From positions 281,568 to 332,086 of the forward strand of contig WELA01003305.1 of assembly GCA_009602735.1 (NCBI GenBank): a stretch of DNA of 50,519 nt. Direction: 5' to 3'. Both the position numbers and the translations under genes were made by a program. Source of the DNA: Mesotaenium endlicherianum. Its lineage: Eukaryota. This document shows positions 24,701 to 37,935 of the stretch, piece by piece (the first letter of the stretch is position 1; each line of letters begins with the position of its first letter). The notes under the pieces were generated by a model. The model made no database searches. It saw only the letters and a program-made list of their open reading frames with translations, and had not been told where the DNA came from.

Positions 24701-26360
24701 GCACATGCTGGTAATAAGCCTAAAGACTCAAAGAATCGAAGACACACGAGACTGTCCACAGAAGCCAGCTGTAAGCTACGCCGATGTGCATGATTTCTCC
24801 CCCCAATCCATGCAGGGTGGGGATGAAGCACAGGTGCGCAAACGGCAATCCAACCTCATTTGAGTTGGGATGGTGCACAGGGGCACAGACATCAAGTCCA
24901 ACCTCGTAAGGGTTGGGATGATGCGCAAGGCTCCGACATGCAGTCCAGCTACATGCACTCAGTCTTCAAACCCATTGCCATGCCTTGCACGCGCTGCTAC
25001 CTCTTCCCGTCTCTGACCTAATGACCCAATGACAAACAGGGGCACAGCAGAACCTGGATGCTGAACGAAAAGAGGCCTAGACCAACCACGACTTAAAATG
25101 CAGGATCTGCGTGCCACACAATCTTGCCACGTGGCAGCTACATACAGGAGTGACCCAGGACATAAGGGGGATCAGGCATGTCCGATCATGTTGTGCATCA
25201 GCATAAATCCATCCACTATATACAAATCCAACTCTAAGTCACCTCCCCTACAAATCTTCCAATCTCCAGCCCTCACAAAGGCTCCCTGCTGCTTAAGTAT
25301 CTATCTTAAATCCACTTGCAACACCTCGGCATATCCGACAAAGACATACAACGATGGGGTTGATACAATCAGAAGTCGCAGGGAAGGGAGCAGGGGGGAG
25401 TCTGGAAAGGACAGAGGAAGAGATAGGGAGGAGGGCCGAGAGGGGCGTTAGAGAAGGAAGACGTCAGGCAGGGGGAGATGGCAGAGTTTGAGGCACTTTG
25501 CATGCACATTATGCTTTGGTAGTCAGTACCATGAACTGCAGAGTGGCCATGTCCTTGTTTCTTCATCAAACCCCAGGCCTGGATCGTATACCCCCCTATC
25601 TAGTATCTAGTCCTACTAATTAACAGGTGATACTACTGCAGATGGTGAAGAACATGGCTTATGTTTGCCACCAGTACAGGAACCAGTGGAGTTTAAGCAA
25701 GGCAGAGTTGATCCAGGCACGTATAACTCATAGCCTGCAGGAGTGCTCATGTGGATACTATGTGTGCGGGCAAACTTAGACACAACATTCATATGTAAGC
25801 AAAGAAGACCTAACTCTATATACAAAACGAGAACTGAAGGTGACACCCTAGGGGGTCATGTTTGCAATATGTACAACTGGTAACTTGCATGGAGCTATTA
25901 GGCTCACCGGGGGGGGGGAAAAAAAACACACTTGATTGCGAGCTTCAGTGCTGTACCTAACTGGATTTTACATAAGCCTGACTTCCAAAACTACTGCACT
26001 GCAACCCCGCTACCTAAACCGCGGTCCTAAATCTTCACATTCAACGGGACAGGCATACGATGGTAAACATCTTGGTCTAAGACTATTCAGGTTTCGTTTT
26101 TAAAACATCCACTTAACCACGTGGAGAGCTCTACTCCAACCTCCAGCCACCAATTTTTTGACAGGTACTACGACAGACCTCCCGTTAAGTTTTGGCAGAC
26201 GTTCCATTTTCCACAACGCTCATGAAATACGACAAGACATCGTGCTGTGTGTATCGTTCAGCCCCATGGAGTAGATCTATGCTACATGGTGCAGAACAAG
26301 AGGAATGCTGGACAAAACACTCACCAACTTGGCCTGCATACTACTGCCAGGAGTAGACAT
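18440..26360 (-). CDS. RABF2: Rab5-family small GTPase (plant RabF2 / RHA1-ARA7 type); one internal exon missing
   Basis: Exons: 26360-26325 ([12 protein letters not shown]), 23740-23663 ([12 protein letters not shown]), 22917-22750 ([29 protein letters not shown]), 21683-21635, 20880-20807 (ALAGNKADL) and 18546-18440 (ends SSACCA*, a double-Cys prenylation motif). The exon carrying the G5 'ETSAK' motif is not visible and is presumably in the gap 19332-19958. Confidence 0.95.
19240..19331. repeat. (GGA)n triplet repeat running into a gap
   Basis: Directly visible. Confidence 0.9.
20605..20760. repeat. (AGAGC/AGAGG)n purine-rich repeat
   Basis: Directly visible in the Rab5 intron. Related GA/CT blocks occur at 22485-22740, 23260-23460, 36540-36690 and 47030-47320. 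Confidence 0.85.
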
Positions 26361-27770
26361 GTGCTCCTCTGTAGATGACGAGGAAAACGGATAACCTTAA
26401 GTTGCTGCTCACTAAAATTAGAAGCTGAGTAAATTTCGTGACCTTATTTCTTGCAAAGCAGCCGTGTTAAGATGAAAATGATGATGTGTCTCAGACGAAA
26501 CTGATACTGATGCAAATCCTTCCGTTGAGAACTGGTAAGATGCGAGAGGAATTGCAAAACTATTGATGCGCTTATTGCAGGGTAGGAACCTGGAAGTGAC
26601 CATCACGTCACATATGATAGGACCATGATGGACACACAACGTCGAGGCTCCAAACCATCTCCAAACTGTTCCACGAAATCGACAGTGTCCTGGAACGTCA
26701 CCACGTGGATTACGAAGCCGGCTACTAAGAAGAAATGCTCCCTTGATATGCCATCCGCTTTCCTGATATACTATCCCATCTATATCGAAAGCTCCATCCT
26801 TTTGCACCTATATCTTATCAAGTGTACTTGTCGTATTTTATAGCGGATAAATAGATATAGTTAGCACTTCTTTATAGCGACAGAAAGAATGTAAGTAATA
26901 CAATTTTAAATGGCTGACCGTGAGAATATCGTGTATTAATTGTCCTGCTACAGTCCGCCAATAAAAGCTGCATATTTCCAGTCGTGCTCAGCTTCTAGTG
27001 CATAAATACAAGAAAGTTGCTCAATTTAGCCTGAAGTAGTAGTGCGAAAGGAACCTTCAAGAACAGCGATTCAGTGTGCATTTATGACCAGGTGTCACCG
27101 GGGCGAGAACACCTTCAAGTGCCTCAAAGCAGGAGTAACAAACGGCCACCTCAAAGCAGGAGAAAATCTGCAAGTTGAAGCAAGTTGAAGGAGCCATCCT
27201 GGCCGATCCTGGCACATCCTTAAGCATCCTGGAGCGTCTTGGAGCATTCTGGAGCATCTTTGGAGCTGTCCGTTTGCCATGTGGAAAGCCTACTAACACC
27301 GCCGTGCTGGTTCGTATAATTAATATCGGACGGATCAATTCTCAACGATGCCGTACGGCTGCTGCACAATGTCGATGAAATCGTGTAGCAACAAGTACAA
27401 ACTGGAGCAAACTGGAGCATAGTATCCGACTCACACAGCGCGTCGCGTTACTAGTGCTGTCTGTGAGCAGTGAGCTCTGAGCAGGCGAGAGCAGGCGAAA
27501 GCAATGAGAACAGCTGAGAGCGGTTCAAAATGACTGCACCGGGTTGCACCCATTGGCACCCATGGTTGCACCCAGCTGTACCCGCCACTGCCGTAGGTGC
27601 ATATATTTGAATCTGGTCTGCCCGACTCATGACCCAACTCCTGGTGAGGACGAGGCGTACTACAAGTTCGCAGTGGAGAGACAAAGCAGGCGGGAAGGGT
27701 GACACTGCCGCGTCGCTTCAGGTGGTGCAATCAATTTGAAGCTACGGTGGAAGATCAAATATGGAGGAGC

Positions 27771-27778
27771 TATATATA
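27771..27778 (+). promoter_or_regulatory. Candidate TATA box of the root-cap-family gene
   Basis: CTATATATAC about 150 nt upstream of the ATG at 27925; positional inference only. Confidence 0.4.
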
Positions 27779-27924
27779 CACGCTTCTTGCTACATCTGCT
27801 ATATCATCGCTTCCATCGAGGCACTTCTCTAAGACACCTTCGTCGAGGTATTGTGGTCCGCCAAACGAGTAATCCCTCACATTGTGTGCTCTAAAGCACT
27901 TAGAGCATTTCCGAGACGAGAGTA

Positions 27925-28311
27925 ATGGCTGCCACCAAAGCTCTGGTGATGCTCATTCTGGGGTGCACTGCAGCCGTGGTCAACGCTCAGGCCAAGGGTA
28001 AGGTGTGCCCCCCCTTCTACAACGGGGGGTGCACCTTGGATGAGTGCAACAAGGCAAAGGACGCAGGAATGCCTGGAAAGTTTAAGAGTTTCAATGTGAA
28101 GAAGAATGGTGACGGGCATCTGAACGACGACGGCGACTGCGCTGTGGACGGAGGCACGGTGAAGCATGCAGGGGACTGCTGCCACCTGTGCAGAGTCACC
28201 CCGCACTGCGTCTACTGGCAGTACATCCCCATGGACAAGTTGTAAGTGTCCAGCAGCAGCCATGGCACCAGACTTCCTCCTATGCATCCTAGGGCCAATT
28301 TACTCCCTCCC

Positions 28312-28343
<32 letters not shown>

Positions 28344-29397
28344 GACACAGACACTCACACACAAGTGCGGGGGCAGCATTTGTTGAATGCTCGTCTTTGC
28401 GTAAGGGCTGAAGAATGCCAGGCGAGTGAGATGACCCACCCGTGTGATTCTTCGTGGGGCTCCGTGGTGAGAGATTTCTGTAGGACTCCACGAAGAAAAC
28501 TCCCATGTTCATCACTCGTGCTCCTGCTCATCACTTTTGCTCATGATGCTCATGGTGCATGCTCATGATGCATGCTCATTCGTCTTGCTCATGCTCATGA
28601 TGCTCATCACCCTTGCTCATCACGCATGCTCATTCCTCTTGCTCGTGCTCACCACTCGTCTGATGTGCCGCCTGCCTTGCCGGGTGTTGCGCGTGTCGCG
28701 TGCGCAGCGGCTCGTGCTACATGATGAACGCGGGGATGTCTCCCAAGTGTCAGGAGAAGGACGCGTTCTACGACAGCCCCACTGTGCGAGTGGGCGGCAA
28801 GTGCTGTCCCTTTGTGAAGAACGACCCCCACTTCATGGGCGCGCAGGGCACCAGGTTCGACTTCAACGGCGCGCCCGACCGCGCCTTCTGCCTCGTCTCC
28901 GACGCGCGCGTGCACGTCAACATGCTGCTCCGCGGGTACTACGACAACCGCACCGAGGGCGCAACAGCTGTCACCGCGAGCGGCAAGGCCGTCCGCACGT
29001 GGATCAGGGAGCTCGGGGTCCTCTGGACCGACGCTCAGGGCGTCGACCACCGCATGCTGCTCGTCGCCCGCAACGGCAAGAGGCAGGAGAGGGGCGAGGG
29101 ATACCTCGCGCGCGTCGAGTTTGACGACATGACTGTTCCCGGCATGCACGCGGGGCAGGAGTTCAGCAGCGGCGAGGGGGAGGGCACTGTCACGCTCAAG
29201 ATGGAGGGGTATGAGAAGTCGGGGCAGTTCGACGTCGACTTCTACACCCTGAAGATTGCCGGGATCGTGGACATGGACATCCGCCTGCGCGTCGCGCACC
29301 CCCTGCTTCAGACCCCCACCGACGCGGAGGCCCACATTAATGTTGGCATCAACAGCATCAAGGTGTGTGGGCCTGGTCGCGCCTCCTCAAGCGTCGT

Positions 29398-29448
<51 letters not shown>

Positions 29449-29947
29449 NNNNNNNNNNNNNNNNNNNNNNNNNNNNNNNNNNNNNNNNNNNNNNNNNNNN
29501 NNNNNNNNNNNNNNNNNNNNNNNNNNNNNNNNNNNNNNNNNNNNNNNNNNNNNNNNNNNNNNNNNNNNNNNNNNNNNNNNNNNNNNNNNNNNNNNNNNNN
29601 NNNNNNNNNNNNNNNNNNNNNNNNNNNNNNNNNNNNNNNNNNNNNNNNNNNNNNNNNNNNNNNNNNNNNNNNNNNNNNNNNNNNNNNNNNNNNNNNNNNN
29701 NNNNNNNNNNNNNNNNNNNNNNNNNNNNNNNNNNNNNNNNNNNNNNNNNNNNNNNNNNNNNNNNNNNNNNNNNNNNNNNNNNNNNNNNNNNNNNNNNNNN
29801 NNNNNNNNNNNNNNNNNNNNNNNNNNNNNNNNNNNNNNNNNNNNNNNNNNNNNNNNNNNNNNNNNNNNNNNNNNNNNNNNNNNNNNNNNNNNNNNNNNNN
29901 NNNNNNNNNNNNNNNNNNNNNNNNNNNNNNNNNNNNNNNNNNNNNNN

Positions 29948-30026
<79 letters not shown>

Positions 30027-30521
30027 GTCAAAATCTCCTCTTTTTCTCGAAGTCCTCAAGAAACGGTCTGCTGTAAAGATCGATTCGTGTCCTGCCCGAC
30101 TATTCCTCCCTCCCGCCCGCTCTCCTGCCCTCCCGCTGGTGCTGCTATCTTGCTGCTGCAATCCTGCTGCTGCTATTGTCTGCAATCTTCTGCCACCTTA
30201 TCCCGCTCTGCTCTTCCGCGCCCTGTTGTGTCGTGCCATGCCGTGATGCAGAGCACCCCCTCCATCCATGGAGTCCTCGGGCAAACCTACCGCGTCGACC
30301 ACGCCAAGAGGGCCGTCGATTTCTCCTCCCTCGCGGCTCTCCTGCACGCGCCGGTCCAGGCCGACGGCGCCACCGGCAGAGGCTTCCTCGACGGCGAGCC
30401 CGCTGACTACGAGTCGAGCGGCGTCCTGACGGCCGACTGCAAGTTCAGCACCTTCAAGGCAGCGTCGGCGGGGTCAGCGGAGTCAGTGGAGGACAACTCT
30501 GTCGCCGCTGCCGCCCAGTAG
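27925..30521 (+). CDS. Secreted protein (~413 aa): signal peptide, Cys-rich PAN/apple-like module, and root-cap/LEA-related (VWD-like) domain
   Basis: Exons: 27925-28241 (donor GTAAGT, phase 2), 28708-29362 and 30252-30521; the frames join exactly. Features are a hydrophobic N-terminus (MAATKALVMLILGCTAAVVNA), CCHLCRVTPHCVYWQY..GSCYM, DPHFMGAQGTRFDFNG..FCLVSD..HVN..RTWIRELG, and HGVLGQTYR...DGEPADYESSGVLTADCKFSTF, typical of plant root-cap (PF06830-type) proteins. Confidence 0.88.
28505..28665. repeat. Degenerate (GCTCAT)-based repeat in intron 1 of the root-cap-family gene
   Basis: Many GCTCAT/GCTCATGAT units. Confidence 0.85.
29399..30023. repeat. Long (CT)n microsatellite spanning an N gap
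   Basis: (CT)n on both sides of the gap 29449-29947. Another (CT)n lies at 44058-44170. Confidence 0.9.
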
Positions 30522-32420
30522 TAGACAGGAGCCGACTGCAAGTCCAGCGCGCCTACGAGGCTGGGTCGGCGGAGTCAGCGGGCGGCAGCAGGCGGCAGCA
30601 GGCGGCAGCAGGCGGCAGCAGGCGTGGTATTGGATTGCGGCTCTTCCCTTCTGCCGCCGCCGCCGCCGCCGCCCCCCAGTAGGCACGCGTGCGTGTTCAA
30701 CGTCCGTTACTTCTGCTGTTGGCCAGCTGCTGTCGGCAGCTCTGTATGTGCGACCCTCCTGTACTCTGTTGTAGTTCACAAGTGCATCGCTAGAGCGTGT
30801 GTAGAGGGTAAGAAGAGTGAGTCTAGTTTGGTAGGAAGCTGTGTTTCCTCCGCTATGAATGCGTTCAGTCTGGCTAGCATCTCTCTGTGGGGCTGCCACA
30901 GCGTCGTGACGAGCCCGAACCGCATGAGCCCTTGCCGAGTGGCAGCCAACCGGATTGACACTTGTCAACTCCTGCTTTATGTAGAAGTTCCTAGGCACCT
31001 GGTGATGTGTGACTAGTTTGCTCTATGCAACCTCATGATATACATCAGATTTTTTTCATTCTTTGTAGCTGTAGCGCCCATTCAATTTAATTCGTGAACA
31101 GGTACGCATGCGTACATGTTGATTCTGAGGGTCCCTCTTGGACACTAGGTATTGTCTATTCCAACTGGTAGAAGGGGTGATGGCCAGAACTCTTCAGCTG
31201 GGAATAAGACGTTCACATAACTTCTACTGATCTATGTAGACATGACTCCTTTGATGGAAACATCTGAAGTCGTGCTGTAACACTAAGTACTTAGTATTTC
31301 ATACATTTTTTTGACCTCGAACTTCCAGTGGGCCTCATTGTCTCTGTCCCCATGTGAACAAGGCAGACCAGGTAGTTGTGCTCATAATCGTCCACACTGC
31401 TGCTGGTGTGTCACATATATGTGGTTTCGATTGGCAGGTTCTTGTGGACTTTGCTTTCCACTGACCTGCTCTGATTTCTTACAAGATATCAACATGTCAA
31501 AGCAATCTACTCAATGAGGTATATCTGTATGAGGGGTCTCCATCTTGTATTGCTACTGCAGATAGATGTCACTATGCCACAAACTCATAATACATAAGTT
31601 CTCATCTGTAGAGCATGCATATAGTCCAAAGCAAGAAACCAGAATCCCATACAAGGCCAATAGTTTTTTTGCCTTCTGAGATTTGTGGGCCAGCCAGCCC
31701 CTTCCGTGGCACCAGATTTGACAATTTGTGTTCAAATTGCTTGATATTTCAAAAGAAATGTGATGATAGAAAGAACAGCGACATTTCATGTTCCAGACCT
31801 TCAATTTGTAGCACGTGAAAATGTATATTTCAGCGAGTAAACAGTTTACACCACATTGATCTGCTGAGTGTGAGCTTTTTTTCAATTGCGCTTTTTCTAG
31901 ATTGCAGATCCAGCTAGGCCCCCTATGCTTGTGACTTATCTGAAAGCGCTGGTTGTACTGGGTTGTACTTTTCCTCCTCCAATCCAAGATATGAATCATG
32001 CAAGACCATCCGTCGAGCAACCAACCTGCCGTCGTCAGGGGTCAGGGGTCAGGGGTCAGGGGTCAGAAACAGGGGTCCATACTACGCCCATAAGGACATT
32101 TGTTATTTGGGCGTATGCACACACTAAAATCGATCCAGGACCACCACATTGGGTTGCTGAAGCATGCATGATGCGCTGATTACCCTCCCTCGCTTAAGCC
32201 GCCCTTGTTTCTGGAGCTCTAGTCACTCATGGCATAGGCTAGGCACACCAGCTCCCCCAAATCAGAAGCCTTAGTGCATGCTCCATGTCCAACCTCAATC
32301 TGATCCCGCTGTCACGTTCCCTGGCTGGCTGTTTGCTGTGCATAGCTAGGGCCACATCAAGCTATTTTTTTTGCTATTTGCATTGAAAGACCTGGCGGGC
32401 TGTACATGTCACCCCCCCCN

Positions 32421-35037
32421 CCGCCAGCTCGGGCGAGTCGGCGCCCGCCACGACCTCCAGCTCCTCCACCTCCCGCTGGTTCGCCAGGTGGCCCGCCATC
32501 AGGTTGCGCACGGCCCACAGGCCCCACTCGCGCAGCAGGGGGTTCGCGTCGTCCACCTGGCACTGCCAAAGCACCGCCAGCACGCCGCCCGGCCGCTGGC
32601 CGACCGCGTCCTGCACACGCCGCCGCCCGTGCAACGCGTTTGCCAGGACTGCCACCACGTCCCGCCTGTAACCTACGTACGGGCAGAAGCGCGGGTACGA
32701 CGGGGAGGAGGGGCGGGGGGAGTCACAGCCACTGGCACCGCCGCCGCTACTGCTCTCCCTCTCCTCCTCCGTCTCCTTCTCCTCATGCTCCACGCACCTT
32801 TTCTCCCGCTTTCTCTCCTCCTCGTCCTCCCCCTCTCCCTGTCCCTCTCCCCCCTTCCCCTCCCCATTCTTGCTGTCCTCTCCAGCATCCACCGCGCGCC
32901 TTGGCTCCCCCGGTGGCCCCAAGGGCTCCCCAGGGGCCACCGCAGCAGCCCGTCTCGGCTCCCTCTGCGGCGGCGCCGGGGTCTTTCGAGAGGCCATTGC
33001 ACGGCTCGGCTCCCCCAGCGGCTCCAGCAGGTCTAGCAGGAGCCCCACCAGCCCCCCCTCATCCTCCAGCACCCTCACAGGATCCCCCACATCTGCCTCT
33101 CTCCCGCCAGCCAGAGCGTCCCCGGCAGGAGTGCTGGGAGCTCTTCCCCGCGCGCCACCTGTCGCGGCCGCAGCAGGAGACGCTCCCGCCCCACCGGCAG
33201 CTGCTTCTGATTTGCCCCCCCCTCCTCCTCCTCCTTCTGCTCCTACTCCTGCTCCTGCACCTGTGCCTGCTTGTTCTCCTCCTCCGGTGCCATGTGGCAG
33301 AGGCGAGGAGGCCTCCCAGGCGCAGATACACCTCAGCGCCAGCAAGGCGTATCCCAGAACGTCGACAGCTGCCTCTCCAGTGGGCAGAGGCCGGAGCTCA
33401 ACCTCTGCACTGCCATCACCACAGCTGTTCCCACTGCTGCTCCCGCCAGCTGTCGTGCCGCCTCGGCTGCTGCCGCCTCCGCTGCTGCCAGCTGTTGCAC
33501 CGACGTAGCTGCTTCTGCCGCTGCCACCACCGCCGTTGGTTCTGCTGCCGCCACCTGTCGTGCCGGGACCCAATATGGGCCCCCGTTGCTGGGCGGCGCC
33601 CACGGCGGCGGCGGCATCGGAAAGCGCCTGCAGCAAGAACCTCAGAGAGGGCTCCACCACGGGCAGGGAAAAAAATTTCTGCTGCCCGCCAGCCAGCGCC
33701 CCCCCTGAAGCGTGGGCGTGTGCCGGAGCCTCTCCTCCAGCCTCTCTGTTGCCCCCAGCACTTGCACCCGCAGCAGCACCCGCATCCGCACCCGCACCTG
33801 CATCTGCAATTGTACTCGCACTGGCAGGCATAAACGCAGGCGCAGGCGAAGGAGCAGGTGAAAGCGCAGCCACAGGCACAGGGGCAACCCTAGGCGCAGA
33901 CGCAGCGGCGGCGGGGCCAGGAGGAGCGGCAGGAGGAGTGGCAGGAGGAGCGGCAGGAGGGAGGAGAGGAGGAGCGGGAGAGCGGACGCTAATGTTGCCG
34001 CTTGTGGGGGGGGCTGCTGAGGGCCGTGGATTGCGAAGATCGAGGGCGTCAAGGGCGTCCAGGTCGGCGCACAGGCTCTCGTGCAGCAGCGCCATCAGGC
34101 GCGCCTGCTCCCGGCTGAAGGAGCCAGGCGGGAGGGGCGGACAGGTGGCGGCCTGTGGCGGCGGCGGCAACGGCGGCGGCAGTAGCGGTGTGCCGGCAAT
34201 TGCACGGCGCCTGCCCTCATCTGCCTGCTCCGGCCCCGCCTCGGTAGGTTGGGCTCCTCTGCCCGTCCCTTGTGCTGCTGCTGCTGCTGGCGGCTCTGCA
34301 ACTGCTGGCTCTTCCTGTGCAGCTGCTGCTGCTGCAGGTCCCGTTGCTCCTGCTGGCGTTTCTGCCGCTCCTGCTCCGCCCACCATCTCCCTCCTCTCAC
34401 TCCTTTCGCCCTTGCCGCTGCCGCTGCCGCTGCCAGAGCTGCTGCCGGCTCCGGGGCCGGTGCTGGCTCCGGCTTGAGGGCCAAGGCTGAGTAAGCTAGG
34501 GCCAGCAGCATCCGGGGATAGGCCCCGGAAGAGGCGGGGCAGCCAGGGCCGCTGCTTGCACACGCCGCCCACCAGCAGCTCCAGCCACTCCCCCCCGCCC
34601 CCGCCCCCGCCCCCGCCCCTGCCCCAGTTCTTGTCGCTGTTGTTGTCGCCGGGCCTGCCTGCTGTTGCCGCCAGAGCAGCGTGCAAATTGCCCCCACCCC
34701 CCACCCCCNNNNNNNNNNNNNNNNNNNNNNNNNNNNNNNNNNNNNNNNNNNNNNNNNNNNNNNNNNNNNNNNNNNNNNNNNNNNNNNNNNNNNNNNNNNN
34801 NNNNNNNNNNNNNNNNNNNNNNNNNNNNNNNNNNNNNNNNNNNNNNNNNNNNNNNNNNNNNNNCCGCCCCCAACGCCCCACTCCCAACTCCCAACCAACA
34901 AGCCCCCGACCAACCAATGAGCACCTGTGCAACGAGCCCAACCAGTCGCAAATTACACGCGCCCCTCACGCGCACGTCAGGCTGCCCCGTAGCGGTTGGG
35001 TGCGTGAGGAGCGGTTGGAGAGAAGCAGCATGTGTGT

Positions 35038-35068
<31 letters not shown>

Positions 35069-37935
35069 CGCGTGCATGCACGTGTATGCATGGGTGGCCG
35101 CTCCTCTGTGTGTGTCTATGTGTGGGCATGTATGTGCGTGCAAGTGTGTGTGTGTGCCTACGGGTGTGTCGGGGCAAGTGCACGTGTGTGCATGTACGCG
35201 CGTGCACATGTGCGAGTGCGCTTGAGCGCGCGCGCTTGCACGCATGAAGGTCATGCTGAGCTAACCGCCAACCCGCACGCGTGCCACAAGGCCGTCTGGC
35301 CCTTCAACCCCGTCCCCGCCCTTGAGCACACTTGCAGCCAAAGGCACCCAAAAAATTTCAAATCCCACACGAAAAATAGCATTCCAGCACACAACATAAA
35401 GCCCTCCAGCAGGCATAAAGGCATATGCACCCTGACTTCCCAGCCCTCGGACTTAAACCCTAAAAGGCTCCAACTTCTAGGGCTGGTGATGTTTAGGATT
35501 TCAACCAGTTCCCCCCTGCACAAGTAAGTCATGCAGGCCTCCCCTACTCCTCGACCGCCTAGCCCAACCTCTCCTCCCCCTCCCCCCCTTAACCCCCTCC
35601 CCGACTTCTCCCCCTCCNNNNNNNNNNNNNNNNNNNNNNNNNNNNNNNNNNNNNNNNNNNNNNNNNNNNNNNNNNNNNNNNNNNNNNNNNNNNNNNNNNN
35701 NNNNNNNNNNNNNNNNNNNNNNNNNNNNNNNNNNNNNNNNNNNNNNNNNNNNNNNNNNNNNNNNNNNNNNNNNNNNNNNNNNNNNNNNNNNNNNNNNNNN
35801 NNNNNNNNNNNNNNNNNNNNNNNNNNNNNNNNNNNNNNNNNNNNNNNNNNNNNNNNNNNNNNNNNNNNNNNNNNNNNNNNCTCTCCCCCCCTCCGTCCTC
35901 CCGGCAATCAAAGTCTCGAAGCACATGCTCTACTGGCCTGCACTCTGACGAGCGGGGAAGCGCGGCCACCTGGCAGCACCAAGAGTGACTGGTGAGGCTC
36001 GCAAATGCACGTCGAGCCATGGTCAACCCGGGTCAGAGCCGACTCCCTCCCCTAAACCCTGACCCCGATCCCGTCGAGAGGGGGGATGCGGTGCGTTGCG
36101 ACAGGAAAGCTCGAGATACGCCGCCTTCCAGGAGGAGGGGGACCCAGCGGGGAGCAGGGCAAGGCCGTGGGGGCTGGGCGAAAGGCGGGAATAGAGAGGG
36201 AGAGCATGCGCACATCTATGCTCACACTCGCACGTGCTATAAACACGTGTACCCGCGCAAGCACAAAGACAAGCGCAAGCACGGAGGCCTCCCCCCCGCG
36301 TCCTTAAGCCCTTGTAACCCGCATCCTGAAGACGTCGAACAGCGGCTGCATCCATCAGCCCTTAAACCCTCGCCTGGGCGGACACAGCTGGAGCAGGGAC
36401 GGGCTGCCGCCCGGAGCTAAGAAAAAACCCTAAACCTTTAACTTCAAATCTCCACCCCCAACCCAAACTCTCGCTCCTCTGTCCCTCTCTGGCCAACCCT
36501 CTCCTGGGCCAAGGGCTAGAACGAGGCCCAGGGGGGCAAGGGGGGAGAGAGGAGAAAAGAGGGGAGAGGAGGGAGAGGGGGGGGAGAGAGGAAAGGGGGA
36601 AAGGGAAGGGGGGGGGACGAGGGGGAAGGTAGGGGCAATGGGGGGAGAAGGGAAGAAGGAAAGACGAGAAAAGGGGGGGTGGGTGGGGGGGGAGGCTGGT
36701 TCTGCTACAGGCCATGCCGNTCTCTCTCTCTCTCGCGCAGACACACACACGCACATACACACACATACACACACACACACACCTGAAGTCTCGGCACTCT
36801 CCGGCTCAGCTGCTCTCAGCAGAGCCCTCATCAGGCAGATCCCCTCGCGGGTGTCGCAGAGCTGCTGACATCTGGCGTCGCAGTTCCTGCAGCACGTGAA
36901 GAGCACCATGCACAGGGGCCCTTGCACGGCTGCCACCTGAACATCGGCCAGCTCAGCAAACGTCCGAGGGTAGCACCGGAGCCAGACAGCCTCCTGATTG
37001 GCCGCGTCCCTGCCCCCCAGGAAGTTTCCCAGCACCTGCAGCGCCGCCCGCAGTAGGTCTACCGCGTCTTGGGGAAGAGTGCCAGTCTGAACAGAACCTG
37101 ACTCTTTGGGTGCCTTATTGTGAACAGGACCTGGTATGCCATTTGCCTCTAAAGTGCTGCTGCCTGCTGCAGCGCCACCTGTCACTGGGGCGTCAAAATC
37201 AGGGCTTTGAGTCTGCAGGCTCTTTAGGTAGGCCATGGTCCCGCTCAAGGTTGAAAGGTTGGCCCTGTCCTTAAACCCTGAACCCTCACGCTCCCCCAAC
37301 CCTGAAAGTTTTGCATCCCTGCTGACATCACTCCCCCTCTGCAGATCAAAGAGGCCCCCTCTGAGGGCAGCGAGAAGATTCTCGGCCACAGATGCGACTC
37401 TGCTAGGAGCTTTGCACAGTCTGAACGCGGCCTGGTTTTCAGGTACACCTGCACATAGGTTTCTCAAAACCCTCAGCAGCAGCAGCAGAGGCCTCATAGC
37501 TGATGGTGAGAAGCTGAGAGGAGCTGATGTGGCAGTCGCATCCTGCCCTGCTGGCGCTTGACGGCGTGTAGTGTCTGAAAGAGAAGCTGACGCGGCATCC
37601 ACATCCTGCAGTGGGGGCATGTGATAACATGCGACAGCTGGCCCGGCAGCTCCAGCTGGCTGCTCTTGAGCATAAGGGTGCGGAAAACTCAAAGCAGCTT
37701 CACGGGGCTGAAGATATGCCGAATGGGACGATAGGACAGGAATCAAAGCCGACAAACGTTCTACAGCCTTCAACTTTCCCAAAGAGCTTCGAACCTTTGC
37801 CTCCCTGCTTCGACTGATCAGGTCGTTCAGAACATCGTCAAGCTCTATAAGACATCGAAGATCTGCGTTTGCATAGCGAGATGCTAGATTCTCAAGCTGT
37901 GAGACTAATTGCTCTTCCATCCTTGCACTCGACAT
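32421..37935 (-). CDS. Ataxin-10 family (ARM-repeat) protein, low-complexity expanded; C-terminus truncated at an assembly break
   Basis: Exon 1 is 37935-36783 (..[46 protein letters not shown]), phase 1. Exon 2 starts at a CAGCAG acceptor (34661 or 34658) and runs to the N at 32420 ([77 protein letters not shown], the Ataxin-10 domain). Extra exons could be hidden in the gaps 34709-34863 and 35618-35880. Confidence 0.85.

Noticed and set aside
26475..26512. ATGATGA..GTCTCAGAC-GAAAC..CTGA as a hammerhead core or C/D snoRNA
   Set aside because: It lacks the CUGAUGA core and flanking stems, and the C-to-D distance is too short for a snoRNA.
32371..34494. Several long plus-strand ORFs (up to 475 aa)
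   Set aside because: Antisense shadows of the GC-rich Ataxin-10 exon.
36033..36215. Minus-strand frame [17 protein letters not shown] as a possible extra Ataxin-10 exon
   Set aside because: The conserved EWL block is already present in the next exon, and exons 1 and 2 join in phase without it.
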